From: Candidatus Magasanikiibacteriota bacterium | GTDB taxonomy: Bacteria; Patescibacteriota; Patescibacteriia; Magasanikbacterales; UBA922 | Reading direction: 5' to 3' | DNA: 64,000 bases | Assembly (NCBI GenBank): GCA_049287025.1 | Contig: JBAQFA010000051.1 | Location: 1,697-65,696, forward strand | In this document: piece after piece, positions 29,401-37,548 of the stretch | Numbering within the stretch: the first letter of the stretch is position 1 | Layout of the letters: each line of letters opens with the position of its first letter | Notes under the pieces: model-generated | The model's database searches: none | What the model saw: the letters and a program-made list of their open reading frames with translations, nothing else | What the model was told of the DNA's origin: nothing | Position numbers and translations under genes: made by a program

Positions 29401-32400
29401 TTTGAATACTTTTACTACTGGCACAGTAGATTTGGCTGGTGGAGCGATTGCCGGTTTGACTGCGCGTTATGAGAATGGTACAACTACAGTCCAGGGTACA
29501 TATTTTAAAAATTTGGATTCGGGTAATTATAATATAATATATTTCACAACCCATGATGTTAATGTTTTTGAAACTCAAACTGTGGTGGCTGATTTAGATG
29601 GGTATACTTTTACCGGAGGATTTGCAGTCGATGTAGATGGTAATGCTGGTTTAACTTACGCTGATTACAGTGATTCAAATTATAAGTTCCTTTATTACAA
29701 CAATGGTACCTGGGTTACTAGTACTTTAACTAAAAGTAATAATAAATTTTCCGAATTAGCTTTTTATAATAATCAACCATATTTTGCTTATGGTGCTGAT
29801 GATACTAGTAGTGGGTTGATAAATTTTGCTTATAGCACTAGTACTAATACGCCCTATGATTTTATTGTTAGTACTAATATTGATAATGGGAATATTATTA
29901 GTGATGGTCGTGTTTCTTCAGCTTACAATAATGCCAGCAACATTGTGGCGGTCGCTTATGTTGATGGCAACGGTGAACCAAGGTTTGTAACTAGTAGTTT
30001 GGATTTGAGTGTGAGTGAATCATATGTTAGTTCTTCTCCAGTTTTATCTAACTTAATAGTCACCTCAACTGTAGATGGCACGGGTGAAGTAACTGTTAAT
30101 TTTACTTTGAATGATGCTAATCAAGATAATGTGACGGTTTCTATTTGGTATGAGGAATGTTCCAGTGGTTGTACTTTTAATGATGATGGTGGTGTTACTG
30201 AATTTGGTGCTATGATCAATACTACCACAGTTGAATCTTTGTACGGAGTTATTTCTCCTGATTATGATCCACTTAATACGCCAGATAAAGCCGAACAACT
30301 CCCGCTGATTACAACTGCTTCTGGAGCTAATGTTGTTACTTCTACTTGGCTTTCTTTATTAGATTTACCCACTGGTAATGGTACTTACCGGATATATTTA
30401 TCAGCCTATGATCATAATGGAGACTTTTCAACAGAAATTGCTGAAGTTGTTTCTACGACTGTTTTGATTGATAATGTTGAGCCAACTGCCCCAGGTGATT
30501 TATCAGTAAATATTACCAATAGCAGTACTGTAATTTTAAATTTGCCGAGCACCACTTCCACCGATGATAACTTTTTTGATTACACTATACGTTATGCCAC
30601 TTCTTCACCATTGAATGGCGGTAGCCCTGAATGGAGGTCAGCTGATGACCCAAATTTAGCTGACAGTAATTTTAATGGTGCCACCACAACCGTTATTACC
30701 GGTTTGTCAGTCAGTACCACCTATTATTTCCAATTGTTTGCTTGGGATAGCTATGGTAATAGTACTTCCTCAGTTGAGATTAGTACAACAACTTTGGCAG
30801 AAGAACCAGTTTATACCGCACCAGTCTTTGAAGGCACAGACTATTCTTTTGCTACTGATGGTACTGGCTTAGTTACACTTATCGGCACAGTTACAGATGC
30901 AGATGATGATTCTGTTACGCTCTTTGTTGATTATTCTTTGGATGATGGTTCTACTTGGGCGTCTTCTACTATTAGCACGACTACTGTTGGTACTATATCA
31001 ACCACAGGTACAATTAGCGGTATTACTAATACTTCTGCTAGAAGGTCTATGACCATTAAATGGAATACCCAAGCTGATGGGGTAATTACTACTACCATTG
31101 CTCAATTACGTTTGACACCATTTGATGGAACTGGTTATGGTTCGTCAGACACTACTCCAGAATTTGAGGTTGATAATGTTGCACCAGATGCTTCTTCCTT
31201 ATTTTTTGTAAGCACAGATAGCACTTCAATTACCCTTGGTTGGGAGGCAGCGGCTGGTGCTACTACTTATACTGTTTCCACTACTGCTGACACAGCTACA
31301 ACTACCTCAAACACTTCCACTCCGTATATTGGTTTAACTCCTAATACTCAATATTATTTTCAAGTAAAAGCCATAGATGTGTATGGCAATGTTGGTAGTT
31401 ATACTACTGTTAGTAGTACATATACTAATTCAAATATTCCAGCTACTGTTGTTGGCACTGCCAACGGCCAAACTAGTATGATTGTTTCTTGGAATAATAA
31501 TGAAAACCCAACTGGTACAGTTTATAAATTAGCTTATGACGATGACATAGTTATTGCTACCACTACTGCCGTTACTTACACCGTTATTGGTCTCACTGCT
31601 GACACAGGTTATTCATTTAAAGTGTCTGCTTTGAATAATGATAGTACTTATACTGATTATTCTGCAGTGTCAGACGAGGTTAATACTGATCCGGTTGGCT
31701 CGCCGGTAGAGATGACTTTAAATACAAATACTTCTTCTACTTTTAAATTATCAGTTTCTGGAGACAATCACACGGTTACCCTTAATTCAGTAGTAGAAGG
31801 TGTTTCTGCAAATCTAACCATTGCTTCTGACCCAGTGACGCAATCATATAATTTAAATCAAGCGACCAACGTTGCTTCTATTGGTATGACTGTAACAGTT
31901 ACTGCTGTTGGTTCAAATTACGCTTCATTCTCTTTGGCTACTTACACCCCAACTACTAATAATTCTAGTGGCGGTGGTGGCGGTGACACGACTCCACCAA
32001 CCAATGGTTCAATGATGGTCAACAACAATGCTACTTCTACCACAAATGTTAATGTTGTTCTAAATCTAGGTGCCTCTGGAGCCACTCTAGTGACGCTTTC
32101 TAATAGTACAGACTTTAGTAATTCTATCTGGGAAACATACAATACTAAAAAGAATTGGACTCTAACCTCTGGCGCTGGTACTAAGACAGTTTATGTTAAA
32201 TTTAGAGATAACGAGGGTAATACTACCAAAGTTTTTTCTGATTCAATTGAACTCTTGTCTAACTATATTGATACCATCATTACACCAACAGAAACAGATG
32301 ATGATATTACTGAAATAAAAAACACCCAATGTCCTCTCACTCCTGAACAAGCCTACAAATCAACTCAATCACCTTCAATCTACTACATAACCACCGACTG

Positions 32401-33151
32401 TACCAAACGAGCTTTTACCAAGTCTAATGTTTTCTTTACCTACTTCACTTCTTGGAATGAGGTAAAAATTACTGACAAGCTAAGCTCTATACCAAATGAC
32501 AACCTAGGTTTTATGCCTTTTGGTCCACTCTACAATCCTAAATATGGCGCTCTAGTAAAGACCGTTACTGATCCAAAAGTTTATTTACTTCTAGGAACAG
32601 AAAAATATTGGATTACAAGCGAATCAGTTTTCAATACTCTTAATTATAAATGGAATTGGATTGAAGATATCGACCAAAGATTATTAAACAAATATACCAT
32701 AGGCAGTGAAATCACCTACACTGATCATCATCCTAATTACACCATTGTTAAATACAGCAATGATAGTAAAGTGTACAGACTAGAACCCAACCAAGAAGGT
32801 AAGCAAGTCAAACGTTGGATTACAGATGAAATCATTTTCAACTCTCTAAATTTTAGATGGGACAGAATAGTGACTATTCCTGGCACGGAAGTATATGAAA
32901 ATGGTAATGATCTTACCACTAATAAATTTATCTTCTATAGTCGTCTTGAAGAAGGTATGGAAGGTCTAGAAATTAGATATCTCCAAACCCGCCTTCAAGA
33001 ACTTGGTTATCTAGATAAAGCAATAAAAATTAATGGCCTCTTTGGACCAGCTACCAAACAAGCGGTTATTAAACTCCAACAAGAACATCATCTTACTCCA
33101 GCTGAAGGCTTTACTGGACCGGGGACGAGAAGTGTATTGAATAATTATTAA
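23423..33151 (+). CDS. giant (3242 aa) multi-domain cell-surface protein. N-terminal signal-anchor, Gly-Tyr repeats, Cys-rich module, CarboxypepD_reg-like domain, FN3 domains, right-handed beta-helix region, three tandem Asp-box (BNR) modules, C-terminal peptidoglycan-binding domain.
   Basis: Single uninterrupted ORF. TM segment LIFGIFILLMFSFIFAPSILA. GYGYGYGYGIGYG repeats. Asp-box motifs (YASSTDNGTTWTTS, YTSSTDSGATWTTSS, SSNGGSSWSTT, FSTDAGVTWSTT). FN3-like blocks (PTGLTATPASINRISLSWDSV...YYYKISAVNDAGES; YYFQVKAIDVYGNVGS). C-terminal RYLQTRLQELGYLDKAIKINGLFGPATKQAVIKLQQEHHL matches PG_binding_1. Confidence 0.9.
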   Translation: MVKKIQEILRDKEKISSLIFGIFILLMFSFIFAPSILAQFIRSTGSTGWGYGYGYGYGIGYGTSDGSYRTTGGSLDQYLYGYGYGYLADEDGGSCEVSAGCSAVCGGSGYTNDGGETCYVGGACSAICGVGSNTLTGIITNNSSQIVSGASVSLSGYNYNNTATSDGLYGQYTFNGVPNGTYTVTVNYTGYNASSTSVLISTYTTRSIVLTPSNVSAPITPTGLTATPASINRISLSWDSVAEADSYSLYRSLTDSSYSSVASGITSTSYSDTGLSISTTYYYKISAVNDAGESDLSAAVSTSTLDFSGDGTVCINGDCSYYTLASALVDADSGKTVYVRGGYTSSSESYPIVVPPMSVTVDCQNSGAVIGTSTTSTITVGAGNLKIQNCTLENVGVNVSAGAHLTLVNNIVNLYDAPYRNTFVWIDSGSSDLSVTSNTINIYFTTSQGSVFILPKTRTTLIDGNSFNYLSTATSTVGSTINANYSNSFTLRNNYFYFPDNLGMTMIGALESTVDSIGTSNFTVNNNTLYYRSCASQCNGIKFTAMNYDLNATVTNNIIYSTESNSNVTGLKFITTGASIIASEDYNGFYNLATSVTTTGSNITLTQGGHDLTLDPLFIPNTFNLVPYSSYLDVSGSSDIGAYSGVRTTTINIDDNGSIDYVSVHATSTSIIGNLKNGDTVNLSAGTYNGFTISSSTVLTDNLIISGAGAETIINAGVDENGISLVGINTSTIQNLVVQNASTTNQTFNITRHPFDYNGHAYNSLVEDSGDGMVMWYGAGMTLVNVSSNDQDIASYVGDTPQNWHLSLLTADDDVYISIYFRDDLVTDCAAIKSFYEGFFGNPSADDDFCQEDVFSWNAVSSTYDYTAPTGPTVTTTYQSGTPDIAVSDNYYAGIKFDSANNNTVSNVTSTDNSYGVWFSGTSADNEVYDSALSGSLSYDLYSDATGSGSSLINVNYNITSSSVGEAPIMNGLLARVFVTSSNGAVVGVPVSVEDNQNLHTENLTTNGDGYTDYSGFPYFEITSSTDGLDATTTNNYSPYLISANDFGDYLATSTTEYLTENQQTFTLTMEYSPYPGNLPTVPSDAIIKLIRANDIYYLFYTNTTSEGIYEVYLTTSTSGADGIWSEPGDSIFSDLAPLSEGRPVDIQYNTSGNYFGIFAFTSSTHNIVFTTSSNAVSWSSSVQVPSNQPGGIWGPTVSLKFLPGTNYVIGSWLSSGGHVYLSSNGGSSWSTTDFCTGNYCYGDSLLPESYYLSYLDVGISGTADNHVLHAGLYYSTSTDRVDTDAGILYASSTDNGTTWTTSTVVGDLANDFGTISRLTQMTLDGNGNPGFVYGRLLGFVEDGPNVYVTTSMHYSHKTDNGEWVTSVLGSDNYLDVSGDGDIYIRDLNYIATDKPVVIYAETGSILKMAVNTSTEFSYETVTSTAVSLFYKPSFAYDTGSETAAISYVIGNQLHFSTSSLPMPAESFDGNLSSIDYAGSNSFTRLIYANSQYNYYYSGLESGNYNIYLTTSTNGANGNWSEPTTALSTIRPSIDGSLSFPIFDVRYNSSTNYFGLTAYVSSTDIMIFTTSSDGVTWGSQVEVYTAVDGDFSEWIVGMDFLEGTDLISIGYEFDKIAFSTDAGVTWSTTTMSAMDSNNDDLIGVGITAGPILHAMYRLNTTTYDEFIYTSSTDSGATWTTSSIHFPHSTSASNNRFVLDENNRPSALLYDEIISDGNFNATGTMLFASLEDGIWSTSTIGQISYLAEDPAEPDLGFYGSKPYVVYYGNGNYAEFVYSSSTASPFIFVTSTIDGANTVGEVGRMSTTYDSANTTAAVAYVTASGELRFATSSLVLPEGGEPPIWDGNLSSINDAVDSHTKLIYVDGVYNLFYSRLKNGSYDIQLTTSTSGAPGTWSDNHVDVFENAGIINMGSPYASFDVEYNYERDYFALAVIASSTSEIIISTSSDGGVWNEKLTNIPANLIMGGISFATGTDLMMLGYGLTSTTFLMSNDNLNTFTTGTVDLAGGAIAGLTARYENGTTTVQGTYFKNLDSGNYNIIYFTTHDVNVFETQTVVADLDGYTFTGGFAVDVDGNAGLTYADYSDSNYKFLYYNNGTWVTSTLTKSNNKFSELAFYNNQPYFAYGADDTSSGLINFAYSTSTNTPYDFIVSTNIDNGNIISDGRVSSAYNNASNIVAVAYVDGNGEPRFVTSSLDLSVSESYVSSSPVLSNLIVTSTVDGTGEVTVNFTLNDANQDNVTVSIWYEECSSGCTFNDDGGVTEFGAMINTTTVESLYGVISPDYDPLNTPDKAEQLPLITTASGANVVTSTWLSLLDLPTGNGTYRIYLSAYDHNGDFSTEIAEVVSTTVLIDNVEPTAPGDLSVNITNSSTVILNLPSTTSTDDNFFDYTIRYATSSPLNGGSPEWRSADDPNLADSNFNGATTTVITGLSVSTTYYFQLFAWDSYGNSTSSVEISTTTLAEEPVYTAPVFEGTDYSFATDGTGLVTLIGTVTDADDDSVTLFVDYSLDDGSTWASSTISTTTVGTISTTGTISGITNTSARRSMTIKWNTQADGVITTTIAQLRLTPFDGTGYGSSDTTPEFEVDNVAPDASSLFFVSTDSTSITLGWEAAAGATTYTVSTTADTATTTSNTSTPYIGLTPNTQYYFQVKAIDVYGNVGSYTTVSSTYTNSNIPATVVGTANGQTSMIVSWNNNENPTGTVYKLAYDDDIVIATTTAVTYTVIGLTADTGYSFKVSALNNDSTYTDYSAVSDEVNTDPVGSPVEMTLNTNTSSTFKLSVSGDNHTVTLNSVVEGVSANLTIASDPVTQSYNLNQATNVASIGMTVTVTAVGSNYASFSLATYTPTTNNSSGGGGGDTTPPTNGSMMVNNNATSTTNVNVVLNLGASGATLVTLSNSTDFSNSIWETYNTKKNWTLTSGAGTKTVYVKFRDNEGNTTKVFSDSIELLSNYIDTIITPTETDDDITEIKNTQCPLTPEQAYKSTQSPSIYYITTDCTKRAFTKSNVFFTYFTSWNEVKITDKLSSIPNDNLGFMPFGPLYNPKYGALVKTVTDPKVYLLLGTEKYWITSESVFNTLNYKWNWIEDIDQRLLNKYTIGSEITYTDHHPNYTIVKYSNDSKVYRLEPNQEGKQVKRWITDEIIFNSLNFRWDRIVTIPGTEVYENGNDLTTNKFIFYSRLEEGMEGLEIRYLQTRLQELGYLDKAIKINGLFGPATKQAVIKLQQEHHLTPAEGFTGPGTRSVLNNY
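26640..30010 (+). repeat. three tandem ~1.1 kb coding repeats (~390-aa protein modules) inside the giant gene
   Basis: Modules begin IIKLIRANDIYYLFYTNTTSEGIYEVYLTTSTSGADGIWSEP / FTRLIYANSQYNYYYSGLESGNYNIYLTTSTNGANGNWSEP / HTKLIYVDGVYNLFYSRLKNGSYDIQLTTSTSGAPGTWSD at about 26690, 27871 and 28984. Each ends with a ...L(H/R)F(S/A)TSSL.LP block. Confidence 0.85.
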
Positions 33152-33176
33152 AGATTGGAAGATTAAAAGATTTTGA

Positions 33177-33207
33177 AAACAGTTCTACCAAGGACTGTTT
33201 TTTTGTC
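33177..33207 (+). terminator. Rho-independent terminator after the giant gene
   Basis: AAAACAGT-tctaccaagg-ACTGTTTT hairpin followed by a T-run. Confidence 0.6.
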
Positions 33208-33208
33208 T

Positions 33209-33236
33209 TGTTAATTTTGTCTAGATTTTGTATAAT
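33209..33236 (+). promoter_or_regulatory. sigma70-like promoter TTGTTA-N16-TATAAT for gap
   Basis: Consensus-like hexamers visible upstream of gap. Confidence 0.5.
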
Positions 33237-33352
33237 TAAACAAATGCTCGAAAAGCTGTAAAGGCAATAAATGCCTGAAGGCTTGGTTGACATAATTTAA
33301 TAAAAGCCTTTTGAGCCTTTCAAGCTTTTTAGGCATTTTAAGCCTTTTTATT

Positions 33353-34348
33353 ATGAATATCGCAATCAATGGTTTTGGCCGAATTGGTCGGCAAGTTTTT
33401 AAAGTCGCTTTGGCCAAGAAAAATGTTCAGGTAGTAGGTATCAATGACTTAACCGATACCAAGACTCTGGCTCACTTATTAAAGCACGACACGGCTTATG
33501 GTAATTATGATAAGAAAATAAGTTTTGATGAGAAAAATATAATTGTTAATGGTAAAAAATATCCCGTATTTGCCGAAAAAGATCCAGCAGTGTTGCCTTG
33601 GAAAAAATTAAAAGTAGATGTAGTTTTGGAATGTACTGGTCGATTTCGTGATAAAGAAACTGCTAGTCTCCATGTGAAAGCCGGGGCAAAAAAAGTGATT
33701 ATTTCGGCGCCTGCCAAAGGAAATGATGTCCCAACTTATGTGCGTGGAATTAATTGTGGCAACGTGCATTTGGAAAAAGCCAAAGTAATAAATAATGCTT
33801 CTTGTACGACCAATTGTATTGCCCCAGTTATGGCAGTATTAGATGAAACATTTGGTATTGAAAAAGCTCTCATGAGCACAGTGCATGGTTATACCTCAGA
33901 TCAAAATCTTCAAGATGGACCACACAAAGATTTGCGTCGTTCTAGAGCAGCGGCCGAGAATATTGTACCAACTAGTACTGGGGCGGCCAAAGCGGTTGGT
34001 CAAGTAATTAATAATTTGCAAGGAATTTTTGATGGCGTAGCTTTTCGCGTCCCAGTACCAACTTGTTCGCTGTCTGATATTACCGTGGTTTTGAAAAAAA
34101 CTGTGACCAAAGAACAAATTAATAATGCTTTAATTAAGGCTTCCAAAACATCACGTTTTAAAAATGTTTTGGCTGTGACCGAAGAAGAATTAGTGTCTGC
34201 GGACTTTGTGGGTAATACTTATTCATCAATTGTGGATTTGAAATTAACCAATGTCGCGGGTGGTAATTTGGTAAAAGTGGTCGCTTGGTATGATAATGAA
34301 GTGGGGTATTCACATCGGTTGGTGGAGATGGCGATGCTTTTCGCTTAA
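33353..34348 (+). CDS. gap: glyceraldehyde-3-phosphate dehydrogenase
   Basis: MNIAINGFGRIGR Rossmann start, active-site SCTTNC. About 331 aa from the ATG at 33353. The TTG at 33311 would add a hydrophobic extension and is not preferred. Confidence 0.95.
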   Translation: MNIAINGFGRIGRQVFKVALAKKNVQVVGINDLTDTKTLAHLLKHDTAYGNYDKKISFDEKNIIVNGKKYPVFAEKDPAVLPWKKLKVDVVLECTGRFRDKETASLHVKAGAKKVIISAPAKGNDVPTYVRGINCGNVHLEKAKVINNASCTTNCIAPVMAVLDETFGIEKALMSTVHGYTSDQNLQDGPHKDLRRSRAAAENIVPTSTGAAKAVGQVINNLQGIFDGVAFRVPVPTCSLSDITVVLKKTVTKEQINNALIKASKTSRFKNVLAVTEEELVSADFVGNTYSSIVDLKLTNVAGGNLVKVVAWYDNEVGYSHRLVEMAMLFA

Positions 34349-34449
34349 AACACAGATGACGCGGATGGCTATGTAGATGTCGCGGATAATGCAGATGTGA
34401 TTGAAGATTGAAAGATTGGAAGATTAAAAATAAGGTTTAGATAAATAGA

Positions 34450-35110
34450 AATAAAATTGATAATTACCCCGTTAGGGGTTAAAGATGTTAGGCAGGCACT
34501 TTAGTGCCTGCTAGGAGAAATATAATAATTTAGTCCCATAGGGACGACATAAAAAGGTCAGCTGTAATTTATGGCCAATACCTATACCAATTTATTTGTC
34601 CATATTGTATTTAGTGTTAAGGAAAGAAGACCATTGTTAAATAAAGAATTAAGAAATGAATTATTCCCCTATATTATTGGGATAGCGAAAGCAAAAAATT
34701 TTCAAATACCGATAATAAATGGGGTTGATGACCATGTTCATATCCTAATGTTATTAAAACCAGATTTACCAGTGTCTCAAGCTGTTCAGTTTATTAAAGG
34801 TGGTTCGTCAAAATGGATACATAATAAATTTGATGATTTAAAAATATTTGCCTGGCAAGAAGGTTATGGCGCGTTTAGTGTGAGCACTTCGCAAATAGAC
34901 AGGGTTAAAAAATATATTTTAAACCAGTCAACCCATCATCAAAAAATAGATTTTAAACAAGAATACAAAAAATTATTGGAAATAAATAATATAGAATTTG
35001 AGGAAAAATATTTGTTTTAATTATGCCGTCCCTATGGGACTGTGGGGTTGGGTGATAAATTAACAGGCACTAAAGTGCCTGCCTAACATAAATTTGTCCC
35101 TATGGGACAA
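34450..35110 (+). mobile_element. IS200/IS605-type or REP-associated (RAYT) HuH tyrosine transposase element bounded by inverted hairpins
   Basis: Left flank hairpins ACCCCGTTAGGGGT, GGCAGGCACTTTAGTGCCTGC, GTCCCATAGGGAC. Right flank has the reverse-complement copies GTCCCTATGGGAC (twice) and CAGGCACTAAAGTGCCTGCC. Inserted between gap and pgk. Confidence 0.8.
34571..35020 (+). CDS. tnpA: Y1 HuH transposase, IS200-like / REP-associated tyrosine transposase (TnpA)
   Basis: 149 aa. LFVHIVFSVKERRP (IS200 N-terminal strand), HuH motif DDHVHILM, catalytic Tyr region WQEGYGAFSV. Confidence 0.85.
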   Translation: MANTYTNLFVHIVFSVKERRPLLNKELRNELFPYIIGIAKAKNFQIPIINGVDDHVHILMLLKPDLPVSQAVQFIKGGSSKWIHNKFDDLKIFAWQEGYGAFSVSTSQIDRVKKYILNQSTHHQKIDFKQEYKKLLEINNIEFEEKYLF

Positions 35111-35151
35111 GAAAATTGATAATACATTGTTGGGTAGTAAATATTTAATCT

Positions 35152-36417
35152 ATGAAAATAAAAACCATCAAGCAAGTTCGCAACTTGGCAGGTAAGCGTG
35201 TTTTATTACGCGTGGACTTTAATGTGCCGATAAAAATAAACCCTTCGACAAAGGCTCAGGGTAAAGTCGCCGATGATAAAAGAATTTTGGTATCCCTGCC
35301 GACAATTGAATATTTACTCAAGCAAAAAGCCAAGGTGATTCTTGTCACTCACCTAGGTCGTCCAGCTGGATACAACGGTAAAGAAAAAAGTGGTTATGAT
35401 AAGAAATTTAGTTTAAGACCGGTCGTGAAGAAGACTAGTGAATTGTTAGAGAAAAAAATTATTTTTGTGGAGGATAAAAAAATTGGAAGATCAGAAGATC
35501 AGAAGATCTATTTTGACAATGCTAAAAAGATAATTGATAAGATGAAAACCGGAGAAATTGTCATGCTCGAAAATATGCGATTTTTTCCAGAGGAAGCCAA
35601 AGATATTGTTGACCTGAGTAAAAAGTTAGCTAGTCTCGGTGATATATTTGTTCTCGATGGTTTTGCGGTCGCTCATAGATCTGCGGCTTCGGTTTCTGGT
35701 GTGGCAAAATATTTACCTTCGTATGCTGGATTATTGTTAGAAAGGGAAATTGCTGGATTATCCAAAGTAATGAACAAACCAAAAAAACCATTTGTTTTAA
35801 TTTTGGGTGGAATAAAAATGGAAACAAAAATTCCAGTAATAAAAAATTTATTACCAAAGTGTGATTATGCGTTGATTGGCGCGGGAATTATAAATACTTA
35901 TCTATGGGCTAAGGGTTATAAAGTAGGGGATTCAGCGGTTGATAAAGATTATAAAAAAGAAATTTTGAAATATTGTAGTTCTAAAAAAGTGATTAAACCA
36001 GTGGATGTGGTGGTAGGTACAATGGATGGTAAAAAATATCGTCATGTAGTATTGGATAAAAAACCAAATCAAATTTGTAAAAAGGGTGAAGCAATTTTGG
36101 ATTGTGGTCCAGGGACAGTTCAGCTCTATGCCAAATATATTAAAAAAGCACAGACTTTGGTTTGGAATGGTCCAATGGGTTTTTTTCAAGTGAAACCATA
36201 TGATATCGGTTCATTTTCCATTGCTCGCTTAGTGGCTGGTCGTGCCAAGGGTAAAGCCTTTGGAGTGATTGGCGGTGGAGAAACTTTACAAACTATGGAA
36301 TTGGTCGGGATGACAGAATATGTTGATTTGGTGTCAACTGGTGGAGGAGCGATGTTAGAATTTTTATCTGGTAAAAAATTGCCTGGTGTTGAGGCAGTCA
36401 GTACAAAGAAAAAATAA
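35152..36417 (+). CDS. pgk: phosphoglycerate kinase
   Basis: 421 aa. RVDFNVP N-terminal motif. Conserved C-terminal GGGA/GGGETL nucleotide-binding blocks. Confidence 0.95.
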   Translation: MKIKTIKQVRNLAGKRVLLRVDFNVPIKINPSTKAQGKVADDKRILVSLPTIEYLLKQKAKVILVTHLGRPAGYNGKEKSGYDKKFSLRPVVKKTSELLEKKIIFVEDKKIGRSEDQKIYFDNAKKIIDKMKTGEIVMLENMRFFPEEAKDIVDLSKKLASLGDIFVLDGFAVAHRSAASVSGVAKYLPSYAGLLLEREIAGLSKVMNKPKKPFVLILGGIKMETKIPVIKNLLPKCDYALIGAGIINTYLWAKGYKVGDSAVDKDYKKEILKYCSSKKVIKPVDVVVGTMDGKKYRHVVLDKKPNQICKKGEAILDCGPGTVQLYAKYIKKAQTLVWNGPMGFFQVKPYDIGSFSIARLVAGRAKGKAFGVIGGGETLQTMELVGMTEYVDLVSTGGGAMLEFLSGKKLPGVEAVSTKKK

Positions 36418-36597
36418 TTTTTATTTATTAAGTCTGACTCTTGACAAAACAATATTTATTTTTTATTAAAAATAATGTATAATAATATCAGTTCATAAAG
36501 TTTGTAAAGTTATAAAGTTCATAAAGTCAATTGTGATTTTGTTTTTATATACTTCATAACTTTCAACTTTATAACTTTTTACTTTTAACTATTATTT

Positions 36598-37458
36598 ATG
36601 CCTGTCAAAAAAAATGGTACTCCGCCAAAAATGGAGCAGGGCTTGACACCTGGAATAAAGTCAGAAAAAACTTGTTGTGGTCTAAATGGTAATTGCCACG
36701 ATTTTGGTAAAAAATTAATGTTCACTTTGCTTGGTATCTTATTGGCATACTCAATTGTGTTCATGGGGACATTGATTCGAAATAATTTACAAAAATATAA
36801 TTATATTGGCCAAGCCGATAAAATGGAACGAACAATCATGGTTGAAGGTGTGGGTAAGGTGACGGCCAAGCCAGATATTGCCATGATTAGCATGGGTATG
36901 ACGGCTAGTGGCACAACAGTAGTAGTAGCTCAAGAAAAAAATACTGAGGTAATGAATAATTTAATTGCCAAAGTAAAAGCTCTGGGAATTTCTGAAGACG
37001 ACATCCAAACAGCCAATTATAATATTTATCCTCAATATGATTACACCGAAGCATCTGGTAGTGTCTTAAAAGGTTATGAAGTCCAACAGACTGTGAGTGT
37101 AAAAATTCGTGATTTAGCCAAATCTAGTCAAGTTTTGGCTTTAGCCGGAGAAGTGGGAGCCAACAATGTGAGTGGTTTACAGTTTACGATTGATGACAAT
37201 GAAGTTTATAAAGCTGAGGCTAGAGTAAAAGCCCTGAAACAAGTGGCAGAAAAAGCCAAAGCCTTGTCTCAATCTTTGGGAGTGAATTTAGTTGATATAG
37301 TTTCATACAATGAATATAGTGGTGATAGTGGTATGTATCCATTGTATAAGTATGCTGAATCAGCTGTGGGTATGGGTGGTGCTACACCGGCTCCAGATAT
37401 TCAATCTGGAAGTACTGATATAGTTTTGAATGTAAATGTGACGTTTGAGATTAGGTAA
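36598..37458 (+). CDS. SIMPL-domain (DUF541) protein with N-terminal TM anchor
   Basis: 286 aa. TM helix then ERTIMVEGVGKV...GYEVQQTVSVKIRDLAK...ARVKALKQVAEKAKALSQSLGV, characteristic of SIMPL/26-kDa periplasmic immunogenic protein family. Confidence 0.8.
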   Translation: MPVKKNGTPPKMEQGLTPGIKSEKTCCGLNGNCHDFGKKLMFTLLGILLAYSIVFMGTLIRNNLQKYNYIGQADKMERTIMVEGVGKVTAKPDIAMISMGMTASGTTVVVAQEKNTEVMNNLIAKVKALGISEDDIQTANYNIYPQYDYTEASGSVLKGYEVQQTVSVKIRDLAKSSQVLALAGEVGANNVSGLQFTIDDNEVYKAEARVKALKQVAEKAKALSQSLGVNLVDIVSYNEYSGDSGMYPLYKYAESAVGMGGATPAPDIQSGSTDIVLNVNVTFEIR

Positions 37459-37548
37459 GGAATAAGGAGTAAGGAATAAGACGGTCTGTTGAGAGAGATA
37501 GAAAATAAAAATAAATAAAGACAGTCCTGTGATAGGGGCTGTTTTTTA

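Noticed and set aside
33311-33352. TTG-initiated extension of gap
   Set aside because: GAPDH begins MxIAINGFGRIGR. The extension overlaps the promoter region.
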